From Balanoglossus misakiensis (taxonomy: Eukaryota > Animalia > Hemichordata): DNA of 64,000 nt. The position numbers and the translations under genes were made by a program. Location: positions 6,081,244 to 6,145,243 of the forward strand of contig CM082597.2 in assembly GCA_040954595.2 (NCBI GenBank), in the 5' to 3' direction. Below the pieces are notes generated by a model. That model ran no database searches. It saw only the letters and a program-made list of their open reading frames with translations, and was not told where the DNA came from. This document shows, piece after piece, positions 13,950-27,085 of the stretch (positions are counted from its first letter, which is position 1; the number at the start of each line of letters is the position of its first letter).

Positions 13950-14990
13950 TATTGATGTTACGAATAATATTGCGGCCATAATTTTCTGGTTAACTCGACA
14001 ACGTCAATATATCACAACGACGTTGGTAATAGTACCCTGGTACAACCGTCTCTTATAGTCCGAGGACAGAGTCGTGTGCTTGTATCTGCGTTTCATCATT
14101 TCCAGTCATGCCCAGATTACATTATTCTCTCAATGAGCCATTCAGAATGGAAACAATTTCCAACGTACATTGACCTTCCCCAAATATAATATTGGCATAC
14201 ATGTCTAAACAATCACCCAAGCCCTGACACAATCCTTCGGTATAAACGTCACTCTGAAAAAAAAAGGTAAAGTGTTGTCACATGGCCTGATTGTTGCAAG
14301 GCAAGCTTTAGACTCTCTCAAAGCCCACGGTTCGCTACAAGGCTCTTCACTGATGCGCCCTCAACCGTTTAGCAAAGGAGAAGCCCTATATGGTGTTGTG
14401 TAGCGAACCTCTCGCCGGGCACACATGCAATCAGACCATAAGCCTGCATGGATGGCGAGAGGGGCTGTGAGAGAGTCTAGGCAAGCTTGTAAACAGTTGT
14501 ATAACGCAGTACACATTCACTCTTGCTAATTAGCGGCACTGCTTACAGACAGAACTTAATCAATGAACAAATGCCCGATAAAAGTCTGTCCACAAATATC
14601 TCCCTTTTTGATGTCACAATCCATTAAATATTTAATCCAAATTATTTACGCTGGTCTGCCCTTACGTGCGATTTGGACCAGCTGCCATTTTGAACCCGGC
14701 TCAGTAGCAAGAAGTGTAAAATCACCAAGTGAATTCCAAGGCCAATCTGGCTGAGCTAAAAAGTTATCAAAATACGGTATAAAATATATCCCATGTTATG
14801 ATACATGCGGGAAAGATCCCACACCACAGAATGTTGGAGCCCTTTCTGAGCAACCTGTCAATCCTTCTTTCCCATATACCGGTATAGGGCAAGGTTCAAG
14901 CAGTAGTCGGTACGGGGGCAGGCAAGCATCCCAAACTTGAAACCCACTTGACTGGTCTTGCTGGCATGTAGCTATGCTCTTTGAATCTTA
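13950..14990 (-). pseudogene. Decayed piggyBac-family transposase (partial second copy at ~11050-11800)
   Basis: With frameshifts, the minus strand reads YMPARPVKW/FKFGMLACPRTDYCLNLALY..GK..GLQHSVVWDLSRMYHNMGYILY/YFDNF. This matches the piggyBac YMP.KP.KWG.K..ML and DNF catalytic regions. Confidence 0.75.
14309..14479. mobile_element. MITE with TAG termini and 9-bp TSD (Academ/AcademH-like signature)
   Basis: TIR tagactctctca(a)agccc ... gggctgtgagagagtcta. TSD ggcaagctt at 14300-14308 and 14480-14488. The empty site is in copy 1 at ~11397. Confidence 0.9.
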
Positions 14991-15084
14991 TCGTGGCCAA
15001 ATCTTAGACAGCTCTCAAAAATTAATAAAAATGGTTGGTATAATTACTGGGGAATGATGTCAATTAACCAAAACAGCAGACAAT

Positions 15085-17660
15085 GACATACCAAAAATGT
15101 ACAAGTTCATTAACAGACACAGACATCATCATTGCAAGCACAGGCATCTCCCTCTCATCAAATGATGATGCACATTTACAGCAATCACAGACATCCAACC
15201 AGCGGCAGAGAAAGACAACAATCACAGAGATCAGAGCTCATTCTCAGTGATGCACAATTATCCCACACAGACAGTGATCTTCAATAAATGAGCAAGCACT
15301 TACAGAATATACTCAGCAGCAGCCACAGGCAGTCATTCTACTACTGACAGACACAAGTAAACACAAACAAAACCTTTCGTCAACTATAAGTATTCCCATT
15401 TACGCCATTTGGTTTGCTTAAAACCCAAACCACAAATACATGGCTGCATAAATTACTGGCTATGTAATTATATAATCTCACAAGGATCAATACACTCAAA
15501 TAATTTACGTTCAGGTAGCAATGCATGTACCTTGATTTATTTACTGTTTGCCCAATGACATCAAAAACCTACAACAGTACATGAACGATGAAAGAAAAAA
15601 AAGCAAAGAGGATGTTACGTCCCAAAGAGCCGGTGTCCTCGACATGACGAATGGGGCAGTCTGGCGGCCATGTTGATCCAATATGTGAAATTGCCAGCCT
15701 ATGCGAAAAAATATATGCCTGGCTTCGGAACAGAGGGATCCGTCTATGCAGACTGCCTCAAACAAATGGTAAGTCACTTGGTTGTTATTCTGGAAAAAAA
15801 ATAACATACCGCGGGGACTGGGAGGACACTGGCTGCGATTCCTGAAGAACCAAAGGTAAAGGAAAAACTTTGTTGCATGTATTTTTAACTCTGAAAAAAT
15901 ATTTGAGGACCACACAGGAAGACAGTACCCGGTATACCGGTACAGATCGTCGCGGGAACATTTTTGACAACTTTGGATGAGTACTTCTCGCGCCAAGTCT
16001 CATTCGAATATCAAGCCAGACTATATTGGAATTCGATTGGGCCATGGTAAAAGTAATCTTGTTTATAGTTATTTTGGCCAATTTGCATCCCAGTTTGGGT
16101 TCTAAGACATCTGATCACCGGGGAAGAAAGGGTGGACGCGGATAATGCGCCTGGTACACCTTTGATAAGTCGTGTCACATCCGCGCTGAGAAGTTTTATC
16201 TGCAGTTTACCCTGGGTTGGGCCAATAATTGCCTCAGTATGAACTTCGTACGACTCCAAGTGTTGTACATGTTGAGAGAGTCCTCGTTGGAATTCTCTGA
16301 AATCCGGGTGCTTTCGTGGAGAAGATTGAAGGTTTCGACGCTCGGCTCGTCGAATTAGAATCAAACGCGGCGGACGTACAATTCCGAGAAACTTGTCGAG
16401 ATTACACATGATATGAACGTAGAGCTGTCATCAAACTACACTCTGACGTTGACAGACGTCTGGAAAAAATTGACCGCGTCGAATTCCAGTGCCGACAGCT
16501 TGGACAAATGATGCATAAAGTCGGAATGGACATTCGCCTCCTTCGAACATCAACAGAGACTGACGTCACAACAGTGACAGAAAAAGTGAAGGAAATCTCC
16601 CCCAAAAAACGGAAAATGTCTGAAAACACGCAGGGTCCTCAGGCCAAAACAAAATATGTGTAGTTCTCATTACATGGTTTTCAAAAATAGGGTAAGTAGG
16701 TTGGGAAATGTTTTTGTTTCGCCTTTTTTATAGCTTTAGCCAAAGAATGACGTCATAGTTCTTGCGTGATTCTCGCAACTTTCATACATTTTATATATTT
16801 GACATCGTTATTTTTACTTCCGGTTTACGAAGCTCTAAAATGTTTAGGGTCGGCGGGCTAAAATTAGGGTAGGTCATGCAGCATTAATACCACAGGTTAG
16901 AACTGCTCGATACCAAAACCACCAACACAGGGAGATGAGTTACAAACACTACATGCACCTCCAATGCTGGTTTCTCCAATGTTTCTTCTTCAACACAACT
17001 TCCTCAGCTGTCTGTTCTTTCCCCCAGTGAAACACAACAAGCACAGACCCCCCAACTCAAACACCAATAATGTGCAAGTTCAACAAACACAAACACCGTC
17101 ACTGCCAGCACAAACATCTTCTCCCCCATCAAATGATGATACACATTCACAGACATCCAACCTATCGACCAGCGGCGGAGAAACACAACAATCACAGACA
17201 TCAGAGCAAGCACCTCCAGAACCCACAGCCACATGCAGTCACTCCACTTATACTCACAAACAGACACAAATACAAGAAAACACAAACAAACAACTCCATA
17301 AGTATTCTCATTTGCGACATTTGGTTTGGTTAAAACCCAAACCACAAATACATGGCAACATAAATTACTGGCTATGTAATTATATTATCTTACAAGGATC
17401 AATACACTCAAATAATTTACGTTCAGGTAGCAATGCATGTACCTTGATTTTTTTGTTTGCCCAATGACATCAAAAACCTACATCAGTACATGAACGACAA
17501 AAAGAGAGGACACAACGTTCTAAAGTGCTGATGTCCTCGACATGATGAATTGGGCAGTCTGACACCCCTGTTCCAATATGTAAAATTGCCCGCCAATGCG
17601 AAAAATTATATGGCTGGCTTTGGAACACAGGGATCTGTTTGCAGACTGCCTACAATCAAT
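15085..17660 (+). repeat. Two diverged copies (~15085-15770 and ~17065-17660) of a coding-like segment with a GSNACTLI motif
   Basis: Both copies share atttggtt..aaacccaaaccacaaatacatgg..caaggatcaatacactcaaataatttacgttcaggtagcaatgcatgtaccttg. ORF 16964..17467 translates one copy. Confidence 0.7.
16640..16880. mobile_element. Fragment of a non-autonomous DNA transposon, same family as 39088-39385 in inverse orientation
   Basis: Shared sequence: ttagggtcggcgggctaaaattagggtagg, ttccggtttacgaag, ttcttgcgtgat.ctcgcaa. Confidence 0.7.
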
Positions 17661-17737
17661 GCAAAGAAAACGCTGTCAGTTGGGCCTTGAAAAGATCAAA
17701 TTAGTATTTCTGAATAAAATGTGTATTTTATTTACAG

Positions 17738-19480
17738 GCCAAAGGGAAAATAAAAGAACTGGAGGAAGAAATTGAAAGACTGAAAAGGGAAATTGGGGGG
17801 AGGTTTAATACAAGGGAAAAGAGAGTGGAAGCAATTAGGGAAATTGGGAAATTTGAGAATTTAGAAATTTACAGGCATGCAGATCTCCTCTGCCAAAACC
17901 AAGACAGGTCCCCCATATTCCATTCAAAAATTATCAGACATGGATTTTTACCCAATCTATTGTCAGAACGGAATCCTGTCTTGGTTTCCTTTCTTGAGGA
18001 GATCTGTATGCCAAATTCTGGAATCCGAAATTACCCTCAATATCTTGCCTGTGCCATTGAACTTGTAATAGTGCCAGGAACCCTAGGTTTGTGAGAAATT
18101 TTATTTCTGCAATTCAAGATATTTTATTTAGTTTGACCAGAAGTCGCCTGGCAGTTGATCTCATGGGCCATGTAACAGCAGGCCCATGTTATGATGTCAT
18201 TAACAATATTATTTCTAAATGTAATTTTGATTTTCCAGATACACCTGAGGGGTTAGTTGAATTTTTGTTTGATAATGAACAATGTCTTTCTAAAAAATAC
18301 ATAAACAGAAATGGTAATTCATTTACTTTGGATATTTTTACAAATATTATTACATGTACTTTTACCAAACCCAGAATCATCACTGCAATTGATTCTGGGT
18401 TGAAGGCAACTCAGTGGCAGAAGGTTTCAGAGACAGATGTTTCCAAAACAGAGGGCAGCAAGTATGATGAGTTTGATTCAGTTGTCAAAGAGTTCAGTGC
18501 TTCTTATGTTGATAATTTAATTTTATCTTCTGTAGCCACTATCAATGTAGATAATACACCACAGACTGACTATATTGACACATACTTACAACAAAAACAA
18601 CAGACTGACAGCGTCGAGATTTGCCCCAAGTGTGGTTTCACCCACATGAACCGTTGACAAATCAAGAATTTCAAAGTGTTGAGGTTGTGGCATTTGGAGA
18701 GGTTAGTATAGGAAGGAGATGAAAAGAGAGAAGACATCAACCTTTATTTCACCAGGCAGAAGACCAATTAAAAAGAAGAAGAAGGGAACCATTTTGCATG
18801 AGTGTGTTGGTGAAGTCAAGGTTGATCACATGGGTAAGCAAACTACCAAATAGTTAAAAAGCCCCAAAACAGGCAAATAAAGCAAATATTTCTGTTATGT
18901 CTCCTAGTTTTGAAAATCCTAATTGTCTCGAATCAGTGAGAGAAATTCTTAATCAAATTTGTAAACTCGTGAAAATCAAACAATATTTTAATCATGATGA
19001 CGGCAATGGAGAGTGTACATGTAGGGAATGGGAAATCAGGTGTGATGGCTTGCCATATGTAATTATTTGGAAAATTGTATCAGAAGAACATGAAGGAATA
19101 TTTTCTTCGATTGTGCTAAGGACGGGTCTTTTACATGAAGAAATCAATGCAGTCAAATCACTTGTTTCTATGTACCGGTAGTGGGATGTCATTTACAGGG
19201 ATTTTGCTATATCTCAGGGATTCTCCTCAGGCATATCACTAGAATTTGTGAAGAAGTGTTCTGATCATCACATCTCATTTGACCTTCTTTGCAAATTCAG
19301 AGATTGTCTGTGGAGCGAATTGCTACATGAATTTCATGTGAATAAGCCCACTGCTGATGTATGCGTCAGTTTATTTCTTGGCTGGTTGTAATACAGCAGA
19401 GCGGCATAGAGACACTCACATGAAATTCATTTACAGTATTCTTCCGCGACATTTACATTGGAATTTTCCTCTTTCGACAG
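17738..19480 (+). pseudogene. Decayed Academ-like (DUF6589-type) DDE transposase
   Basis: Broken ORFs carry, in order: FLFDNEQ, CPKC, ENPNCLESVREIL, RCDGLPY, LRTGLLHEEINAVK, WDVIYRDFA, KCSDHHISFDLL. This motif order resembles Academ-type transposases. Multiple stops and frameshifts. Confidence 0.6.
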
Positions 19481-19819
19481 GGCACTCGCTTCAATTCAAC
19501 CACTTGCCTACGGGGCTGGACGGCGTCTCCTTCGCACCTTGTGGCACTGTCGGAATCATTCCCACTTACCAACTGATTGACGTCTATGACGAGACCGACC
19601 GTGCCCGGTATCCAAAAATACTTCTCCAAACTCTGGAGAAGTACGAGGCCATTTCACGATCTGGCAGGCCTCAGATGCCCATCAAGGTGCAGAAGCCGTC
19701 CTGGAGGAGTACGACTAAAACAACAAGGCCTGGGCTCCTCCAGTGCCCCATTCAGGTAAACGGGTTGTCATCTGTAGAAGCCATGATGACCTGGCCAGTC
19801 TGAGAAAGACAGAATTCTC

Positions 19820-20940
19820 AGTCGTTAGCCTTGTAAACCCAGAGTCGTTGGAACGTAGCCACCCAGGCTATTCTTATTCTAACCGTTTCAGGAGACGACT
19901 GGGACAGACATCTTGTTAAGTATCAGGCTGGTCGATCTGCCATTAACATCGCAGCAGATGCTATGGATAGAGAGACATTGGCAATTTAAACATCAATGTC
20001 TGACGAAAGGAAAGTCAACTGTGCCAAAGCTACTATCCAGGAACCGGCAAAAAATATTTATTACTAACAGAAGATGAAAGGAAAGAGTAAGGGAGAAGGA
20101 AATAAGACAAATGCCACACTTAGACCAAATCCATGCAAATTGACAAGTGCAGAGACCAAACATAGCCCTACAAGACCATGTAAATCCTGAGTATATAGCC
20201 ATCCATGCTATTCTAATGACTTGACTGCTTTCAGGGGACAACTGAGACAGACATCTATGTCAAGTATCAGGCTGGTCTGTCTCCTATTATTATTATGGAT
20301 AGACACATTGGCAATTATAACATCAATGCCGAAGAAAGAAGAAGTGCCCTGGTAAGTATCATCTGCCAAGGTTAGTATCCAGGCACTGGCAAAAAATAAA
20401 TACTATTTGTTACAGAAAATGAAAGAGCAGACAGTGAGAGAGACAAAAATAATGCCATACTTTGACCGAATGCAACAACATAATTCAGACACTACCGTTG
20501 ACAGACAGAAACACTCGCTTCAAATCAACCACTTCCCTAAGTGGCTGGACAGCGTCTCCTTCGCGCCTAGGGGGTATGTGCCCGAGAGGGCGCTGTTGCG
20601 TTGATCGAGGGCAATGACCGTTAGCCTTGTAAACCCGGAGTCATTGAAACGTAGTCGTCTAGGCTATTCTAACAACTTGACGGGTTTCAGTGAGGATTGA
20701 GACAGACATCTTATGTCAAGTATCAGGCTGGTCGATCTGCCATTACCATCTCAGGAGATGCTATGGATAGAGACATTGGCAATTTTAACATCAATGTCTG
20801 ACGACAGGAAAGTCAACTGTGCCAAAGCTACTATCCAGGAACCGGCAAAAAAAAATTATTTATTACAGAAGATGAAAGGACAGAGAGTGAGAGAGAAGGA
20901 AATAAGACGAATAGCACACTTGGACCAAATCCATGCATCG
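19820..20940 (+). repeat. Degenerate triplicated ~300-bp unit
   Basis: gacagacatct..gtcaagtatcaggctggtc..gacattggcaatt..acatcaatg..tatccagg..ggcaaaaaa recurs at ~19900, ~20245 and ~20700. Confidence 0.85.
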
Positions 20941-21255
20941 ACAGGCGCCGAGACCATGCATGCATCGACACAGGCGCGCATGAACAACCAATATGAATCA
21001 ACAGAAGTTTGATACACTGCAGAACGGTATACCAGGGTATAAGGGTAATGATGAGACGAGGACAATCTGCTCCAGCAACCACCGAAAAGTAACACTCATC
21101 GAGATGATGAACTCTTTCAGACGAGACCAGGCAGAAAGCCAGGGGGAGCTTTCGAGCACTCCTACGAATGTAACCAACATTCGTGCGTTGTCTTTGTTTA
21201 CCTGCAGTTGGTTAGCAACCGCAATTTAATTGACAGCACATTTCTCTATTTTAAG

Positions 21256-21482
21256 GTAAATTGTTGCAGTGTTTTCTCAGACTTCTGCTATGTAAATTGC
21301 TCTAGTGTTTTCTCAGACGTTCGCTATGCAAATTGCTGTAGTGTTTTCTCAGACGTTCGCTATGCAAATTGCTGTAGTGTTTTCTCAGACGTTCGCTATG
21401 CAAATTGCTGTAGTGTTTTCTCAGACGTTCGCTATGCAAATTGCTGTAGTAAGTGTTTTCTCAGACGCCCGCTATGCAAATT
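21256..21482 (+). repeat. 36-bp minisatellite, ~6 copies
   Basis: Unit gcaaattgctgtagtgttttctcagacgttcgctat, head to tail with no spacers. Confidence 0.95.
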
Positions 21483-22450
21483 AGATATTTATAGTTGTTG
21501 TTGTTATCATCCTTTTCTTCGAAATAAATACGCCGTGTTGGCTTTTGCACTGCATTTTTCTCGTACAAGTGTGTGAGATCGTTCCCCTTACTGGTTCCCC
21601 CTATCAGTCTTGGCGTACTCCCAACCGGGAAGAATCGCGACAGATGCACCATGAAAAACGGTGCACTCACTGTAGGTGCTGGGTATCGCCTTCTGTAGGG
21701 GAAATCCAATCGGCACGACCAGAACGCTGTCGCAATATTCGACAATGATGAAGACACCCACGAATAATACTGACATTTAAAGAAGGCTGCTGCTTATTTA
21801 CTCGCAAGAATAATCGATGCAGCTCTCACGCCAAATCTAAGTATTTCCTTAAACCAAAAGAACGTCCCTTTTTTCATTCTCGACAATACAGCGTCATTCG
21901 GGGTGTGTATTGTTGGTTTTCACCTGAAAGAAAGCGACCTAGATAGGCTTGGCTTAAGGGAAGAGGTTATGATGTAGACTGTCATGGGAACCATGTAAAT
22001 TGCACAGCAAATTCTAAAGGAACGTGAGCCATTGTCTGAATACACAATTGGCAAAGATAATTACTATTATTTCATGAAGCAATTGTATTTTACATTCCTC
22101 ATAAAACAACAGTAAATAACAAAATTTGGGGGTGTGGGGGAATGATTATAGTTGATAAAGAAAAGATGTTGGAAATGTTCAACATACCGGTATATGTCAC
22201 AGAAAGCAAAGTGCCATAGGCAAGTGTCAAATTCCAGAGCTTCAGACTTACAAGTCTGCTGCGGATTCAACATACAGCCAACACCATTAGTGGTCCACAC
22301 CACAGCGGCAATGTGTTCTCTCCACTTGATTTCAATCGGGTAGAGAGGGTAAAAGATTCCTACTACTCTTATCTCGGCATTTCTCACACGGTGTAATCAA
22401 GTTGGAAACAACAGACTGACAGTGTTGAGATTGGCCCCCCACAAAAAAGG

Positions 22451-22700
22451 GCAAAGTGTCAAGGTTGTGGCATTTGGAGAGGTTAGTATAGGAAGGAGAT
22501 GAGAAGAGATCAACCTTTATTTCACCAGGCAGAAGACAAATCAAAAAGTAGAAAGGAACTATATTACATGAGTGTGTTGGTGAAGTCAAGGTTGATCACA
22601 TGGGTAAGCAAACTACCAAAATAGTTAAAAAGCCCCAAAACAGACAAATAAAGCAAATATTTCTGTTATGTCCCCAAATTTTGGAAATTCCAATTTTCTA
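22451..22700 (+). repeat. Duplicate of ~18672-18930 (part of the Academ-like remnant)
   Basis: caaagtgt..aggttgtggcatttggagaggttagtataggaaggagatga through gcaaatatttctgttatgtc is nearly identical at both positions. Confidence 0.9.
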
Positions 22701-23072
22701 GAAAAGTGGAAGAAGCTCTTAACCCTATTGGTATATTTTCAAAGATGCACACTGCCAACAACTTCTGGAACAACTTACTTAATGGGCCAAACAGAAAATT
22801 GATAGGGGGGGGGGGGGGGGGGGCTACCAAAATTACAGCAGGAACTCTTTGGGCTACAAGGGGGAATCGACTGCTCAAAGTATTCCATCACTTGTGAGGG
22901 TGGGAAAAGAAAGATTTGCATGAAGCGGTCTGTACATCTGTCACCCTATGGACTCACAAAAGTCAACATGAATGAGAATGATGAAATACCGCTGAGGGAT
23001 ATCATAGCTATAAAATTCAGTGAAGAAAGCCGTGAAAAGCTTAGATTTGGCACCAGGACTCAATGGTGTTAA

Positions 23073-23246
23073 AGGTATACGGTCACCTATACAAATTTAG
23101 CCACAGTTACCATGGTAAATCGAGATCTAACCAATCACAGATTTTCAGTGGGTGGCACACGCGAAAATAAAGCGTTCTTTAGAACACTCAAATACGCCAT
23201 TTCAACTATATATGGCGATATGTAAATTGGAGGTGACTGTATACCT
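23073..23246. mobile_element. Short Kolobok-type MITE
   Basis: TTAA|aggtatacggtcacct ... aggtgactgtatacct|TTAA. Confidence 0.88.
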
Positions 23247-26200
23247 TTAAGCCATCAATCAGGGCATTATCTAATGACAATTTATCTCGCAATGCAACAT
23301 TCAGAAAAATAAGCTGTGTTGAAGGGATCTGAGGATACCCCGAGTGTATCATCAAAGTGTCTGCCGTGCTAAGTTGTACTATTGACAACAAACAACACAA
23401 CTAAGAAAAGAAAATGGCACATATAGCCTCAGCAATTCGTTGTCTAAATAATAGATTGCAGAATCAATGCATGTAAGCTTGAAGACCTAGACTGTTCTGT
23501 AAAATATTACAATGAAAAATTAAAATGTAATGCCTCAGTGGAGTACATCTACTTCCATGAGTTCTAGTGGATGAGAACATGTTTTGTTAATAAAATTTCA
23601 GTGATAAATGCAACATTTTCCTTGTACAGTGTATTTTGCATTTTCCCATATTGGGGGCGATATACCTTTGCGGCAAAGTTTTATTATTTATCTGGTTAAA
23701 ACTTGCATGTGCACTCACAATAGGATTTATAATACTACGTCGGTGCATAAAAGGTAGTGTAGTTTGAAAAAAAATTACAATAATTATCCCAAAAGTTGCA
23801 GCTTATGTGCCTTTAAATTTGATGAGAAAGTTGCACTCTAACCATACAAGACAAAATGCAAAGAAAACCACACTAAAACAAAGTGCGCCCTCTTTGTCAG
23901 ATAGTCTTAATTTTCATGACCCATGAATAATAAATGAACCATGGCAAAGAAATGTTCAAAAGTCAATGACAACCATGAAATCACTGGTATTACAAGACAC
24001 TAGATATATACATTTGTAATGTTTGCATCATTTTGTCATATTCTTTGGTGACTTAAGTTATTATAGCAATCATTCTGTTTTATATTATTTTTTACACTGA
24101 AAATCTTACTCTTTCTGTAAAAAAAAAGTGGTAACTATGTACCTGTAAACATAGGCAAAGCAAGCATATTAAACCATGCCAGAAAAAGCCAAAAATATTG
24201 AATCTCGATGCCTTACTCAAAATTCCATACACAACAGTCTTCAAAAAAAAATTATAACCCTGTGACCTGATTTCCCATCCCCAAAATGATTATTTATAGA
24301 AACTGAACAAAGCAAGTTGAGTATGCCACGCTCAGCATGCACATGTCTTTACCATTGAGATAAATGGCCCAGTACACAAACTTTTGCTATCAAGGAAAAC
24401 ATATATGCAAATTGAAGGAACGATTAAAAAAAAAGAGCAAAGTGTTCTATTTCTATCAAAAACGTTGATATATCATTTTTTTCCTAAAATCATCTTATGA
24501 GTAAAATTAATGAACGGGTGAGTTTTGAATGCTGCGAACTACAATGTTAGGCGCATAACAGACGCACTATTTAAAATGGGGGTCCACGCACTATTGGACC
24601 TGATATATACATGGGCCTACAGTGCGATTCGCACAAACCATACATCGCGCAAGAACCAGCCACTAATTTGTGACACAATTTTTGCAAATAGACAAATGCC
24701 AGCCAAGCTATCTTCATGATTTTCCGACGCTGTCTGTCATGACGGTATCGGATTAATTACACATGCCAAAGTTCATTTGAGGTCACCGCCGGTCTCCCAT
24801 GCGCCTCGACGACCAGCCGTCGCTATTTCCGTCAGTGTTTGTGTCAATAAACAAGCTACTCTATTTATTTAGATGTCGTTTTCGTGAAAAACGTTGTGGC
24901 TTCCCTGATAACTATTTTCAATTGAGGAAATATAGCAAAGAATACAGTAAGTTGTGCGACAGGTCATAATATACGATGCGTGATGTGCAACAATGATAAT
25001 ATACACCGTGCAAAACTATGCCTAAACTTAAACCTACCGGAATTTTACTAACATGATGATGATGATGATCGAATATGAAAATGTGACCAAATAGTTTCAA
25101 AGATCAAGTACTGATCTGAGAAAATCAGATCCCGTGAGGAGTACGGTGCCCAGAGTACGTAGATCTTTGAACTAAAAACCCGTACATTTTCAAATCGAAG
25201 CAAAACGTGGACACGTCGAGTGAAGTCAGTGCGGTTCGACCGACCGCCATGATATTCAGTTCTGCATCTTCACAATCTTTCATCATTTTCTATGAAGAAG
25301 TCGAAGATGAACTGTTCTCAGCATGATCCTAAGCATCAAGTATGACACAGGAGACTTCGTGACAGTCGGCCAACTATTGATTAAACTGGTTTGGTCGGAT
25401 TTACATGACGCGCATTTCTGCGTCCTTTACGCACAAAACTGGGCGTGGGACCCGTCAAAAACTAAACCATGCGTCCCCTGGGACGCATGAAATATGTCTG
25501 TTGTTGCGACGGTAGTTGCGCGTTTCCTGATATCTAATGGGTGTACGCGTACACAGAGAGTCAATTGAACAGTTTATGACCTTATGACCTGTAATCGATA
25601 CTGATAACAGTTTCATAACAAACTTGTAGCAAACTTGGTTTATTGTTGAATTTGATACAGTTTACGTACACGCAGTCACCCTCTTGGGAATTGTAAGTTA
25701 CACTGCGATATCACGCCCTATATCGCACTTGGCTGTGTGCAAGCAGTGAACTACCGTGACTCCTATTGCTCTGAAACCAACTCCGTCCATGAGTACCAGC
25801 AGTCTTAGTTTTCTTGAAAACCCTGAACTTAAACTTTAAATATAGATTCAGCTGCAAATTTCTTCAAGAAGACCAAGTTGAGAGTACATGTACTGGTATT
25901 CTCCATATTATATGCTTTAGGTCAAAGGGTCACTCATAAGGTGATGTTCAAGATGGGACCCCTAGCCATACTACAGTTGATCTTGGAATTACTCCCTATA
26001 TCTTGTAGACAATATCATTTTATGACTTGGATTGGTATTGATTCTTACAATCGTTGCCCATTCACAGAAGGATTTTCTAATTTCCAGCATTGATAAAATG
26101 ATAAAAAAACGGTGAAATAAATTGGGACCCCCATGGTTTGATGTAGGACCCCCATTTTTCAACACTAGGAGTCCCAGGGACTCCCAAAAGTAAAAAGTGA

Positions 26201-26949
26201 TGTAAAACCCTGCATAACGCCATTTATCCTCCAGCTCCCAACTGTCACTGCCATGGAATAGCAAGCTTAGGACGCGCAACGCCCCTGTTTACACAATCCA
26301 GTATTTATTGCTCCGCGACAGAACAATTTGACGGCGTCACATTTTCCTCAGTCATATCACAACTTTTGCAATCGATTGTAAATAATAAACATATTTCAGT
26401 GATACTTGCGCAAATAGTACATTAATCCCCCGCCCTTAATAACATGCCTGAGCATAGAGGATTATTTTATTTGCGTGCGGAGGTATATGTTGCAAGCAAA
26501 ACTTAGGCGGGAGACAGTGTGATTGGAGGTCACCTAGGGTCAAACGCCGGGTCGTTCACATCATATGTTGTACATGTATTTGTATTGGACTGAAACAAAG
26601 GCACGCGTACCTGTCCAATTTTCGGGGTAAATCTGATTTGAATGCTGAGGTAACTTTATTAAATACCGAACAAGTTTCTTTTTAATAGGACTACTATACT
26701 ACAATAATGCCTACTAATTTCTCAATCATGGTAATGTGTAATTTGGGTACGGTTATTAAAGCAACAAGTCGAACGATAGCGTCTTAGGAAGCACAATAAA
26801 TTACCTCTACAATAAAACAATATGAACTATATATAACAGTATAACGATCAACCTGTCATCGTTTTTCCGATAGTATTCGACTAGGCCTATGTACCTAAAA
26901 TCGGGTACGCGATATGAAATGTGTACATGCGTTGCCACCACTACAATGT

Positions 26950-27085
26950 CTTTTTCTTCGTGGTGTGATGAATAGCCTTTTATGAGATTCGGTCTTGATC
27001 TTCTCTGTGCATGTTGCTGTTAAAATCAACATGTTTGTCTCGCTATAGCGTCCTCTCAAGTCACCAACCTCCTTACACAATAGGT
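26950..27085 (-). pseudogene. RecQ-like SF2 helicase fragment (motif III region)
   Basis: KEVGDLRGRYSETNMLILTATCTEKIKTE resembles the RecQ pattern LG.LR..P..P.LALTATA. Only a short fragment. Confidence 0.5.

Larger units (their letters stand above)
7893..14830. repeat. Tandem segmental duplication: copy 1 ~7893-11805, copy 2 ~11814-14830
   Basis: Collinear, highly similar sequence from tgggccagtgtttcgtgctc to gatcccacaccacagaa in both copies. ORFs are duplicated (8088/12070, 9143/13050, 11502/14563). Confidence 0.95.

Noticed and set aside
21256-21482. 36-bp repeats as a CRISPR array, or ORF 21208..21576 as a Cys-rich protein
   Set aside because: Units are contiguous with no spacers, there are no cas genes, and the context is eukaryotic. 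The ORF simply results from a stop-free minisatellite.
21600-21760. GVLPTGK as RecQ helicase motif I
   Set aside because: Too short, lacks GKS, and is on the opposite strand from the motif III-like fragment.
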